This document shows, piece after piece, positions 19,912 through 30,337 of a stretch of DNA of 64,000 nucleotides. The translations under genes were made by a program, and so were the position numbers. Source of the DNA: Myxococcota bacterium (lineage in GTDB: Bacteria > Myxococcota_A > UBA9160 > UBA6930); contig OZ245002.1 of NCBI GenBank assembly GCA_965223415.1, forward strand, positions 4,000,001-4,064,000, read 5' to 3'. Position 1 is the first letter of the stretch. Each line of letters starts with the position of its first letter. The notes below the pieces were generated by a model, which worked only from the letters and a program-made list of their open reading frames with translations, searched no databases and was not told where the DNA came from.

Positions 19912-21000
19912 TCAGCTTACGACCAGGACGGAGTTTCGGCCTCCCACCGGGCCCGGCACGGCGTTGGGGTTGTCCGGATCCTCTCGCCACTCGCCGTCGA
20001 CCACGTAGCGGTAATGGTAGGTGCCGGGCGGCAGGTTCAGGATCTTCGTCCAGACCCGCTCGGCCCCCTCTGCCTGGACGAGGGAACGCACGTCCTTGTC
20101 CGGGACCCAGCCGTTGAAATCGCCGGCGATGCGCACGTCAGTGGCCCCCGGATCGCGGTAGCGCACGACCACCTCGCGGCCGCTGCCCGCCGCCTCCGGG
20201 CGAAGCTCCTCGCGCAGGGCGGGAGGCGGTTCGGCCAGGGACAGCTCCAGGGCGAGGGCCGCGTAGTCGCGGGTGCCGTTGGCCGTGCGCGCGAAGGACC
20301 CGATGGGCTGGCCGCGGCGGGCGGCCTCGCGCAGCTTGACGTTCGAGCGGATCACCGTGTCGAAGCAGAGGTCGCCGAACAACGAACGGATCTCCGCCAG
20401 CGTGTCCCGGGCGTAGCGGGTACGCCCGTCGTAGAGGGTGGGCAGGATGCGCACCGAGAGCTCGTGGCCGATGCGGTCGGAGAGCAGCGCGATCGTCTCC
20501 AGCAGCTTCTGCACGCCGTGGATGGCGAAGTCGCTGGTCTCCAGCGGGACGAGCACCTCCCCCGCGGCGCGCAACGCGTTGAAGGTGAGTACGCCCACGT
20601 TCGGCGGGCAGTCGATCAGCACGAAGTCGTAGTCGTCCCGGACGCTGGCCAGCGCGGCTTCCAGCCGCTCGGTGCGGCGCTCGGCCCGCTCGGCGGTGAG
20701 CTTCTGCTCGAGGGCCGAGAGCACGATGCCCGAGGGCGCCAGGTGGAGCGCGTCGCTCCAGGCCTGGATCACGTCCGCAAGGCGACCGGCGGCCGGCGAG
20801 CCCACGGGCTCCACCAGCACCTCGTACAGGTTCTCGTCCAGCGCCTCGGGGTCGTAGCCCAGGGCCAGAGTGGCGTGGGCCTGGGGGTCCATGTCGACCA
20901 CCAGCACCCGGGCGTCGGCGGCCAGCGCCCCCGCCAGGTTCACGGCAGTGGTGGTCTTCCCGCAACCGCCCTTCTGGTTGACGATGGCGACGATGCGCAT
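19912..21000 (-). CDS. ParA-family ATPase fused to C-terminal CBM48/AMPK-beta-type glycogen-binding domain
   Basis: Deviant Walker A 'NQKGGCGKTT', 'DMDPQ', 'IDCPP' and 'IRSNVKLREA'. C-terminus 'VRIAGDFNGW...LPPGTYHYRYVVDGEWREDPDNP...NSVL'. Confidence 0.9.
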   Translation of the reverse strand: MRIVAIVNQKGGCGKTTTAVNLAGALAADARVLVVDMDPQAHATLALGYDPEALDENLYEVLVEPVGSPAAGRLADVIQAWSDALHLAPSGIVLSALEQKLTAERAERRTERLEAALASVRDDYDFVLIDCPPNVGVLTFNALRAAGEVLVPLETSDFAIHGVQKLLETIALLSDRIGHELSVRILPTLYDGRTRYARDTLAEIRSLFGDLCFDTVIRSNVKLREAARRGQPIGSFARTANGTRDYAALALELSLAEPPPALREELRPEAAGSGREVVVRYRDPGATDVRIAGDFNGWVPDKDVRSLVQAEGAERVWTKILNLPPGTYHYRYVVDGEWREDPDNPNAVPGPVGGRNSVLVVS

Positions 21001-21208
21001 GAGCGGTCACCTCCTGACGAGGGCACTCGGAGGAAGGACCGGGGATGGGATCGGACCGGGGAGTCGCTGGGGCTGAAAGTAAACGCGACTGTGTAGGCCG
21101 TCAACTCCGAAACCCCTGGAAGATCGCCGCCTTCGGGGGTTTTCTGCGAATGGGGTTGGAGCTTCGCCCGGGTTCGCCGCCTCTTGGGCCGTGCGGTAGC
21201 TTGGCTCG

Positions 21209-22357
21209 GTGGCGGACTCCAAGGCCAAGCCCCGAGATACCCGGACCTGGGTCGAAGATCCCCAGGGCCGGCGCCCCTTCATGCGGGGCATCATGATCCA
21301 CTCCCTGATGTCCCGGGGTGCCGACTTCGATGACGCCTACCGGGTGGCGTCGCAGATTCGCGACCAGCTGCGGGGCACCGAGCGGATCGGCCGGGACGAG
21401 CTGGCCGCCCTGATCGAGGATCACTTCCCCGGCAGTCTCGAGGAGCGGCCCCTGGCGATCGCGCCCGAGATCCAGGTCACCGGTGGGCGGGAGCCGACAC
21501 CGTTCTCCAAGGGCGTGCTCTCGGGCTCGCTCCTCGCCGCCGCCATCGAGCCCGAGCAGGCCCACGACGTGGGCCGGGAGATCGAGGCCGCGTTGGTGGC
21601 CCGCGGTGAGCCCTTCGTCGAGCGGGCCGAGATCCGCGCCCTGGCCGCCGAGACCCTCTCCAGGCGGCTCGGCGCGCGGGTCGCCGGGCGCTACCTGGCC
21701 TGGCGTTCGTTCCTGGATTCGGAGCGCCCCCTGATCCTGCTGCTGGCCGGGACCGCCGGCGTGGGCAAGAGCTCCCTGGCCCAGGCCGTCGCCCACCGGC
21801 TGGGCATCGCCGGCGTCACCTCGACGGACGCCATTCGCCAGGTGATGCGCATCATGCTCGGGCCCGAGCTCGTACCGGCGATCCACGCCTCCTCCTACGA
21901 CGCCCACAAGGTCGTCGTGCGCTCGGAGCAGGCCGACGATCCGGTGATCGACGCCTTCCGCGCCCAGGCCGCGACGGTCTCCGTCGGCGCCCGGGCGATG
22001 ATCGAGCGCGCCATCGAGGAGGGCACGAACCTGATCCTGGACGGCGTGGCCGTGCTCCCGGACCTCATCGACGTGTCCCAGTACGGCGATCGCGCCCATG
22101 TGGTCTTCCTCACCGTCGCCACGCTCGAAGAAAAGGCCTTCAGCAAGCGATTCGAGACGCGGGCGCGGGATGCCGCCGCGCGGCCGCCGCATCGCTACCT
22201 CGGCAACCTCGCGGCCATCCTGCGGATCCAGGACCACATCCTGGAGCTGGCGGAACAGCAGGACGTGCCGATCGTCGACAACGTCGACTTCGACGCCTCG
22301 GTGCGCTCGATCCTGCGTCACGTCACCGAGAGCCTCCGCAAGCAGGTGGGCTCGTGA
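21209..22357 (+). CDS. 2-phosphoglycerate kinase-like protein with two N-terminal ATP-cone-like domains
   Basis: 'PFMRGIMIHSL' and 'PFSKGVLSGSL' cone starts. P-loop GTAGVGKS, 'STDAIRQVMR', 'HASSY', 'ERAIEEG' and 'ILRIQDHI'. Confidence 0.75.
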   Translation: MADSKAKPRDTRTWVEDPQGRRPFMRGIMIHSLMSRGADFDDAYRVASQIRDQLRGTERIGRDELAALIEDHFPGSLEERPLAIAPEIQVTGGREPTPFSKGVLSGSLLAAAIEPEQAHDVGREIEAALVARGEPFVERAEIRALAAETLSRRLGARVAGRYLAWRSFLDSERPLILLLAGTAGVGKSSLAQAVAHRLGIAGVTSTDAIRQVMRIMLGPELVPAIHASSYDAHKVVVRSEQADDPVIDAFRAQAATVSVGARAMIERAIEEGTNLILDGVAVLPDLIDVSQYGDRAHVVFLTVATLEEKAFSKRFETRARDAAARPPHRYLGNLAAILRIQDHILELAEQQDVPIVDNVDFDASVRSILRHVTESLRKQVGS

Positions 22358-23184
22358 AGGACGGCCCGCTCCGCCGCCTGGCGGCGGCGGGTCTGGCGCT
22401 GCTTCTCACGGGCTGCGCCACCCTGACCGTGGAAGAGGAAGAGGCCCTCGGGCGGGAGCTCGAGCGCGAGGCCCGGCGCGAGCTGCGTCTGCTGCGCGAC
22501 CGGGTGGTGAACGACTACATCACCGATCTCGGCGAGCGCCTGCTGGCCGCCGCCGGTCCCCAGCCCTTCGAGTACCACTTCTACGTGGTCGAGGACGAGG
22601 AGATCAACGCCTTCGCCATGCCCGCGGGCGGCATCTACCTGAATACGGAGACGATCCTCGCCGCCGGAAACGTGAGCGAGCTGGCGGGAGTGATGGGTCA
22701 CGAGATCGGTCACGTCGTGAACCGCCACATCGCCGAGAACTACAACCGCGCTCGCGCCACCGGCTGGGCGCACCAGGCGGCGGTGATCGGCGCCGGCATC
22801 GCCGGGGGCAGCGCCGCCGCCGGTGCGGCCAACCTGCTGGGCGGGATGTCGGCCATGGCGTTCATCAACTCCTTCGGCCGCGACGCCGAGCGGGAGTCCG
22901 ACGCGTTCGCCGCCGAGATCCTGCCCCGGGCCGGCATCGATCCGGAGGGCACCTGGACCTTCTTCCAGACGATGAAGGCCGAAGGCGGTCCGAACGTCCC
23001 CCAGTTCCTCTCCAGCCACCCGGCCACCGACGAGCGCCTCGAGGCGGCCCGGGCACGGATCGAGGCGGCCGAGCTGCCGCCGGGGCTGCGCAAGGAGGAC
23101 GGCGGCCGGCTCGAGATCATCCAGCGTCGCATCGAGCTCCTGATGGGCTACGGCGCGCGGGATCGCGGCCGTCGGCCGCGCTGA
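22354..23184 (+). CDS. M48 family zinc metallopeptidase lipoprotein
   Basis: Lipobox LTGC, 'INAFAMP', HEIGH, 'ERESD' and 'FLSSHP'. Confidence 0.9.
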   Translation: MKDGPLRRLAAAGLALLLTGCATLTVEEEEALGRELEREARRELRLLRDRVVNDYITDLGERLLAAAGPQPFEYHFYVVEDEEINAFAMPAGGIYLNTETILAAGNVSELAGVMGHEIGHVVNRHIAENYNRARATGWAHQAAVIGAGIAGGSAAAGAANLLGGMSAMAFINSFGRDAERESDAFAAEILPRAGIDPEGTWTFFQTMKAEGGPNVPQFLSSHPATDERLEAARARIEAAELPPGLRKEDGGRLEIIQRRIELLMGYGARDRGRRPR

Positions 23185-23265
23185 GCGGTCCGCGTCGGGC
23201 GCCGGGACGCGGTGCGCGCCGGGCAGAGGCGGCAGGCGCTACGTTCGCGGGCGCACGGAGGAAGC

Positions 23266-24681
23266 ATGCAAGCCCCCTCGCTCCGGACCCTCGGTGAGCT
23301 GCGCCAGGCCGGCCACGCCCACCGCACGCTGCGCCAGGAGATCCACGCGAACCTGCTCGACAAGCTCGGCAAGGGGGATCCCCTCTTCCCGGGCATCGTC
23401 GGCTACGACGACACGGTGATCCCCGCGGTCGAGAACGCGCTGCTCTGCGGTCACGACCTCATCTTCCTGGGCGAGCGCGGGCAGGCCAAGTCGCGGATGA
23501 TCCGCCAGATGATCGGTCTCCTCGACGAGTGGATGCCGATCGTGGCCGGCAGCGAGATCCACGACGACCCCTTCGCGCCGGTCTCGGCCTTGGCGCGGCA
23601 GCAGGTGGCGGAGCACGGCGACGCCACTGAGATCGCCTGGGTGCACCGGGACGATCGCTACGTGGAGAAGCTCGCCACTCCGGACGTCTCGATCGCCGAC
23701 CTGATCGGCGACGTCGACCCGATCAAGGTCGCCCAGGGACGCACCCTCGGCGACGAGCTGACCATCCACTTCGGCCTCCTGCCGCGCACGAACCGCGGGA
23801 TCTTCTGCATCAACGAGCTGCCGGACCTGACGGAGAAGGTGCAGGTGGGTCTCTTCAACGTGATGCAGGAGCGCGACGTCCAGGTGAAGGGCTACAGCGT
23901 GCGCCTGCCCCTCGACGTGCTGGTCGTGGCCAGCGCCAACCCGGAGGACTACACGAGCCGCGGGCGCATCATCACGCCGCTGAAGGACCGCTATGCGGCC
24001 CAGGTGCGCACCCACTACCCGCAGAACCGCGAGCTCGAGCTGGGCGTGGTGCACCAGGAAGCGCGGGTGCCCCGGGTGGAAGGCCTCACCGTCGTCGTGC
24101 CCCCCTTCATGGAGGAGATCGTCGGCGAGCTCACCTTCCAGGCGCGCTCGAGCCCCGACGTGAACCAGACCTCCGGGGTCTCGGTGCGCATGTCCATCGC
24201 CAACTACGAGACCCTGGTGGCCAACGCCCTGCGCCGCGCGATCCGGTTGGGGGAGAAGGAGGCGGTTCCGCGCATCTGCGACCTCGAGGCGCTGGTCACC
24301 TCGACCGCCGGCAAGCTCGAGCTCGAGTACGCCGGAGAGGACCGCACCGAGACGCAGGTGGTCGAGGACCTGATGCGACGGGCGACCCGGCTCGTGTTCG
24401 ACGCCCGGGTGCCCCTCGAGGGCATGGCGCCGGTGATCGAGTCCTTCAACCAGGGATGGAACGTCGAGGTGTCCGCCGAGATGCCGGCGGGGGACTACCT
24501 GGAAGGTCTCGACGAGATCCAGGGCCTGCGGGAGGCCGCCTCCCAGCTCGCCGGCGGCGATTCCCCGGAGCGCCTGGCCAGCGCCATCGAGCTGCTGCTC
24601 GAGGGCCTCCACCTGCAGAACCGCCTCAATAAGTCGAGCACCGAAGGCGGGGCGCGCTACGGCGCCTCCGGGGGCCCATGA
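23266..24681 (+). CDS. Mg-chelatase/MoxR-like AAA+ ATPase
   Basis: 'GERGQAKS', 'INELPDL' and 'ANPEDYTSRGRIITPLKDR'. GGAGG RBS. Confidence 0.85.
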   Translation: MQAPSLRTLGELRQAGHAHRTLRQEIHANLLDKLGKGDPLFPGIVGYDDTVIPAVENALLCGHDLIFLGERGQAKSRMIRQMIGLLDEWMPIVAGSEIHDDPFAPVSALARQQVAEHGDATEIAWVHRDDRYVEKLATPDVSIADLIGDVDPIKVAQGRTLGDELTIHFGLLPRTNRGIFCINELPDLTEKVQVGLFNVMQERDVQVKGYSVRLPLDVLVVASANPEDYTSRGRIITPLKDRYAAQVRTHYPQNRELELGVVHQEARVPRVEGLTVVVPPFMEEIVGELTFQARSSPDVNQTSGVSVRMSIANYETLVANALRRAIRLGEKEAVPRICDLEALVTSTAGKLELEYAGEDRTETQVVEDLMRRATRLVFDARVPLEGMAPVIESFNQGWNVEVSAEMPAGDYLEGLDEIQGLREAASQLAGGDSPERLASAIELLLEGLHLQNRLNKSSTEGGARYGASGGP

Positions 24682-26306
24682 GGATCCACCGCTACAGCCG
24701 GTGGGACGGGAGCCAGCAGCAGTTCACTCTCGACGCCCGGCAGGCGCTCGACGCCCTCTCGGAGCTGCTCATGGAGGGGCTCGACGTGGACGAGGCCCTC
24801 GAGTGGATGCGCCGGGGCGGCTTCGACCTGGCGGGCATGAATTTCCGCGTGATGGGCGTGGAGGAGATGATCCAGGAGCTCCGCGAGCAGGTGCAGGAGC
24901 TCTTCGACCAGTACCGGCTGGACGAGGCGACCCGGGAGCTGGCCCAGAAGCTCGACGACATCCTCGACCGGGAGGAGCGCGCCCAACGCGACGCCCACGG
25001 GATGGAGTCCCAGGCGATGAACGAGTTCCTCCAGCGTCGCCACGGGGAGCACGAGTCCCTCTCGGACGCCATCGAGGCCTTCCGCGACCACGCGTTCGAG
25101 GACGACGAGGCCGGCGAGGAGTACCGCGAGCTGCTCGAGGAGCTGGATCGCCTGCGCGAGCTCGAGGACTTCCAGCGCGAGCACGGCGAGAAGTTCCGGG
25201 GCGAGGAGGCCGCCGACTACGACACGGCCCAGGAGATCCGCGAGCGCATCCAGGCGCTCCAGCAGATGGCCCGCGACCTGGCCGAAGGCAACTTCCAGCA
25301 GGTCTCCATGGAGGAGCTGCGCGAGATGCTCTCGGAGGACGGCATGCAGTCCTTCGTGATGCTCCGGGACATGGAGCAGACGCTGCAGGACGAGGGCTTC
25401 CTGCGCCGGGCCGACGACGGCATGGAGCTCACGCCCCGGGCGATCCGCCGCATCGGCGCCCAGGCCCTGGCCTCCGTCTACAGCAAGCTGCGCAGCGGGC
25501 GCTCCGGAAGCCACGAGACGATGCACCGGGGCATCGCCACGCCGCGCCCGGACGAGACCCGGCCCTGGCAGTTCGGCGACGCTCTTGACGTGCACGTGGT
25601 GCGCACGGTGCTGAACGGCGTGAAGCGCGCCGTCGCCGAGGGGCGGCCGACCGCGCCGGTGCAGCTTGGCGTGGACGATCTCGAGGTGCGCGAGTGCGAC
25701 TTCAGCACGCAGACCACCACCGTGCTCCTCCTCGACATGAGCTGGTCCATGTCCTGGGCGGGGCGCTTCCCGGCGGCGAAGCGGGTCGCCCTGGCCCTCG
25801 ACCACCTGATCCGCACCCAGTATCCGCGCGACGACTTCTTCGTGGTGGGCTTCTCGACCCGGGCGAAGGAGCTTCCGATCAAGGAGCTGCCCCTCGCCCG
25901 CTGGGACATGGGCGATCCCTTCACGAACCTCCAGGAGGGGCTCCTGGTCGCGGAACGGTTGATCGGCCAGCACCCGAGCCCGAGCCCGAGCCCGCAGATC
26001 CTGGTGATCACCGACGGCCAGCCCACCGCCTACTTCGAGGGCCGCGAGCTGCGGGTGGAGTGGCCGATGGGCTTCGGCGGCGTCTCGCCCCACGCGGTGG
26101 CGGAGACCCTCAAGACCGTTCGCCGGGTGACCCGTCGGGGGATCACGATCAACACCTTCATGCTCGACGACGCGCCGGAGCTGGTGGGCTTCGTCGAACG
26201 CATGACCGAGATCAACAAGGGGCGCGCCTTCTTCACGATGCCGAACCAGCTGGGCAGCTTCCTCACCGTCGACTACCTGGCCCAGAAGCGGAGTCGGTTC
26301 CGCTGA
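24678..26306 (+). CDS. VWA domain protein, partner of the upstream AAA+ ATPase
   Basis: 'YSRWDG' N-terminus, MIDAS 'DMSWSM', 'TNLQEG' and 'ITDGQP'. ATGA overlap. Confidence 0.88.
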   Translation: MRIHRYSRWDGSQQQFTLDARQALDALSELLMEGLDVDEALEWMRRGGFDLAGMNFRVMGVEEMIQELREQVQELFDQYRLDEATRELAQKLDDILDREERAQRDAHGMESQAMNEFLQRRHGEHESLSDAIEAFRDHAFEDDEAGEEYRELLEELDRLRELEDFQREHGEKFRGEEAADYDTAQEIRERIQALQQMARDLAEGNFQQVSMEELREMLSEDGMQSFVMLRDMEQTLQDEGFLRRADDGMELTPRAIRRIGAQALASVYSKLRSGRSGSHETMHRGIATPRPDETRPWQFGDALDVHVVRTVLNGVKRAVAEGRPTAPVQLGVDDLEVRECDFSTQTTTVLLLDMSWSMSWAGRFPAAKRVALALDHLIRTQYPRDDFFVVGFSTRAKELPIKELPLARWDMGDPFTNLQEGLLVAERLIGQHPSPSPSPQILVITDGQPTAYFEGRELRVEWPMGFGGVSPHAVAETLKTVRRVTRRGITINTFMLDDAPELVGFVERMTEINKGRAFFTMPNQLGSFLTVDYLAQKRSRFR

Positions 26307-26316
26307 GCAGCACCCC

Positions 26317-27900
26317 GTGAGTCTGGATCCCGGCGGCAGCCCCCGCCGGCTGTGGGCCAACCTGAGCCGGGCCGCGCGGCTCGGGGTGGCCGGCGGCGTC
26401 TTTGCCCGGGGCCCCGTGTGGCTCCGCCTGCGCCTCGCCTCGCCGGTCCCCGAGCTCGCCGCCCAGGCCTGGTTCGGCCAGCGGGAGTCGCACCTCTCGA
26501 TGCTCGACGTGGTGCGGGTGCTCCACGCGGCGAAGGACGACCCGGACGTCGCCGGGGTGGTGCTCCGGCTGCTCGGCGCGCCCGGCGGCGCGGCCCGGGT
26601 CGAGAGCCTGCGCCGGGCGATCGCGGCGGTGCGTGCCGCCGGCAAGCCCGTGGTCGTCTGGTCCGAGAGCCTCGGCACCCAGGAGACCTGGCTGGCCAGC
26701 GCCGCCAGCCGCGTGGCGATTCCGCCGTCGGGCAGCGTGCACCTGCTCGGCATCCGCTTCGAGGGCTTCTTCCTGCGCGATCTCCTCGCCCGCCTGGGTG
26801 TGCAGGCCGACGTGCTGCGGGTCGGCGACTTCAAGAGTGCGGGTGAGCTGCTCACCCGCTCCGGCTACTCGGAGGAAGCGCGCGCCCAGCTCGAGGCGCT
26901 GGCGGACGACCTGTTCGAAACACTGGTGCGGGACGTCGCGGCGGGGCGCAGCCTCACGGAGGCGCAGGTGCGCGAGCACGTGGACCGCGGCCTCCTCACC
27001 GCCCAGGGCGCCCGGGAGGCCGGGCTCATCGACGCCTGCCTCTATCCCGACGAGCTGGAGCAGCTGCTCGGCGAGCTCGCGCCCGCCGCCTGGCACCAGG
27101 ACAAGCCCCGGCTCCTCGACGCGGCGGCCTACCGGGCCCTGCGCGCCGCCGATGCCGGCTTCCAGCCGCTGCTCCGCCGGGCGCCACGGCTCGTGTACGT
27201 CGCCGCCCGCGGCGGCATCGGCCGCGGCCGCGGCCTGCGCGGCATCGCCGCCGATACCTACCGGCGCCTGCTCGAGCCCCTGGCCGAGCGGGAGGACGTG
27301 CTGGGCGTCGTGCTGCGGGTGGACAGCCCGGGCGGGGAGGGCGTCGCCTCGGACCTCCTGGGCCGGGCGGTGCGGCGCATCGCCGACGCCAAGCCGATCG
27401 TCGTGTCGATGGGGGACACGGCGGCCAGCGGCGGTTACTTCCTCGCCGCCGGGGCCACCGCCATCCTCGCCGAGGCCACGACCCTGACCGGCTCCATCGG
27501 CGTCGTCGGCGGGAAGCTCGACTTCTCCTCCCTCTACGAGCGGGCCGGCATCGGTCGCGACGCCGTCGAACGCGGCGCCCAGGCGGGCCTCCATTCGGAG
27601 GCCCGCACCTTCACGCCCTCCGAGCGGCGCGCCCTGCGCGACGAGCTGGGCGCCGTCTACGAGCTCTTCCTCCAGCGGGTGGCCGAGGGCCGCGCCCGCA
27701 GCCGGGACGAGATTCACGCCCTGGCCCAGGGCCGCGTCTGGAGCGGCGCCCGAGCGGCCGCCCAGGGCCTGGTCGACAGCCTGGGCGGCCCCCTCGAAGC
27801 CCTCACCGAGCTCCGCACCCGCGCCGGCCTGGGCGACGCCGAGCGCATCCTCCTCGAAGAGCACCCGCGCCTCCCCCGTCTCGCGACCCTCCTCCCCTGA
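26317..27900 (+). CDS. sppA: Signal peptide peptidase SppA (S49, two-domain type)
   Basis: 'GDFKSAGE', 'RVDSPGG', 'AASGGY', 'TGSIGV' and 'GRVWSG'. Confidence 0.9.
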   Translation: MSLDPGGSPRRLWANLSRAARLGVAGGVFARGPVWLRLRLASPVPELAAQAWFGQRESHLSMLDVVRVLHAAKDDPDVAGVVLRLLGAPGGAARVESLRRAIAAVRAAGKPVVVWSESLGTQETWLASAASRVAIPPSGSVHLLGIRFEGFFLRDLLARLGVQADVLRVGDFKSAGELLTRSGYSEEARAQLEALADDLFETLVRDVAAGRSLTEAQVREHVDRGLLTAQGAREAGLIDACLYPDELEQLLGELAPAAWHQDKPRLLDAAAYRALRAADAGFQPLLRRAPRLVYVAARGGIGRGRGLRGIAADTYRRLLEPLAEREDVLGVVLRVDSPGGEGVASDLLGRAVRRIADAKPIVVSMGDTAASGGYFLAAGATAILAEATTLTGSIGVVGGKLDFSSLYERAGIGRDAVERGAQAGLHSEARTFTPSERRALRDELGAVYELFLQRVAEGRARSRDEIHALAQGRVWSGARAAAQGLVDSLGGPLEALTELRTRAGLGDAERILLEEHPRLPRLATLLP

Positions 27901-27936
27901 ACCCGGTGCCTTCCATGGGGTCGCTACCGTCCCGGC

Positions 27937-28577
27937 GTGGGACGCAAGCTCAAGCTCGACATCCCGGGCCCGGACCGGCGCCTCTCGGTGGAGGAGGTCC
28001 GCGAGAAGGGGTGGCCGGCGGTCTTCGCGCCGGACGTCGCGGATCCCCTGCCGCTGGTGGTGGAGCTCGGCTTCGGCCGCGGCGAGTTCCTCCGCCACCT
28101 CGCCGCCGAGGCGCCGGAGCAGGCCCACGTGGGCGTGGAGCTCTCCTTCAAGCGTGTCCTGAAGATGGCGCGCCGCATCGCCCGGGAGGACCCGGGCAAC
28201 GTCCGGCTGGTCTGCGCCCCCGCCGAGCAGGTGGTGCGTGAGGTGCTCGCGCCCGCCAGCGTGCGGACCCTCTGGGTCAACTTCCCAGACCCGTGGCCGA
28301 AGAAGCGCCACCACAAGCACCGGCTCCTCCAGCCTCCCCTTGTGGCCCAGCTCGCACGGCGCCTCGTTCCCGGCGGCGCCCTCGAGATCGCGACGGACCA
28401 CGCCGACTATGCCGAGGCGATCGACGCCGCGCTCCGCGGCGAGCGGGAGCTCCAGAACACGCTCGGCGTGCCCTTCCGCCGCGACGTCCCCGGCCGGCTC
28501 CACACCGCCTACGAGCTGGAGTGGCGCGCGGAGGGGCGGCCCCTCCACTTCTGGAGCTACCGGCGCAGGATGCCCGC

Positions 28578-28581
<4 letters not shown>
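27937..28581 (+). CDS. trmB: tRNA (guanine-N7)-methyltransferase
   Basis: 'VELGFGRGE', 'NFPDPWPKKRHHKHR', 'ATDHADY' and 'TAYE'. Confidence 0.93.
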
Positions 28582-29615
<1,034 letters not shown>

Positions 29616-29650
29616 GGCTCGCCCCCCGGGCGGCCGACGGGGCTCTCGGA

Positions 29651-30331
29651 ATGCTCTACGCGATCGGCGACATCCACGGCGAGCTGCGCCAGCTCGACGC
29701 GCTGCTGAAGCAGCTGCCCCTCGCGGAGGGCGATCGCCTGGTCTTCCTCGGCGACTACGTCGACCGCGGGCCGGACTCCGCCGGCGTCGTGAGCCGGCTC
29801 GTCGATCTCTCCCGCCGGGTCGACTGCGTCTTCCTGCTGGGGAACCACGAGTCGATGTTCCTCGACTTCCTGGGCTTCCGCGGCCCCGCCTGGTTCGGCG
29901 GCGACGCCTTCCTGATGAACGGCGGCGACCGCACCCTGGCGAGCTACGGCTACTTCAGCGCCCCGGACCCGAAGCCCGAGGTCTTCCAGCTCCCGCCGGC
30001 CCACGAGCGCTTCTACCTGGACCTCCAGCCCTACCACGCGGAGGGCGACTACCTCTTCGTCCACGCCGGCCTGGGTGAGCGCACCCTCCAGTCCGGCGAC
30101 GCCGCCTTTGCCCTGCGCCGGTCGCGCCCGGAGGACCTGCTCTGGAATCGCTCCAGCATGGAGATGCCCCACAACCTCGGCGTGACCGTCGTCTACGGCC
30201 ACACTCCGAGCCGCGACTTCGGCGTGCGCCGGAACGATCCCTTCAGCATCGGCATCGACACCGGCGCGGTCTACGGCGGGCCCCTCACGGCGATCCGGCT
30301 GCCGGACGAGACGATCTACCAGGCGCTGTAG
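29651..30331 (+). CDS. Calcineurin-like metallophosphoesterase (Ser/Thr phosphatase type)
   Basis: GDIHG, GDYVDRG, GNHE, VHAG, GHTP and IDTG. Confidence 0.92.
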   Translation: MLYAIGDIHGELRQLDALLKQLPLAEGDRLVFLGDYVDRGPDSAGVVSRLVDLSRRVDCVFLLGNHESMFLDFLGFRGPAWFGGDAFLMNGGDRTLASYGYFSAPDPKPEVFQLPPAHERFYLDLQPYHAEGDYLFVHAGLGERTLQSGDAAFALRRSRPEDLLWNRSSMEMPHNLGVTVVYGHTPSRDFGVRRNDPFSIGIDTGAVYGGPLTAIRLPDETIYQAL

Positions 30332-30337
30332 GGCGGC

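Noticed and set aside
19912..21000. Chromosome or plasmid partition locus (parABS)
   Set aside because: No parB, recognisable parS palindrome or replication gene lies nearby.
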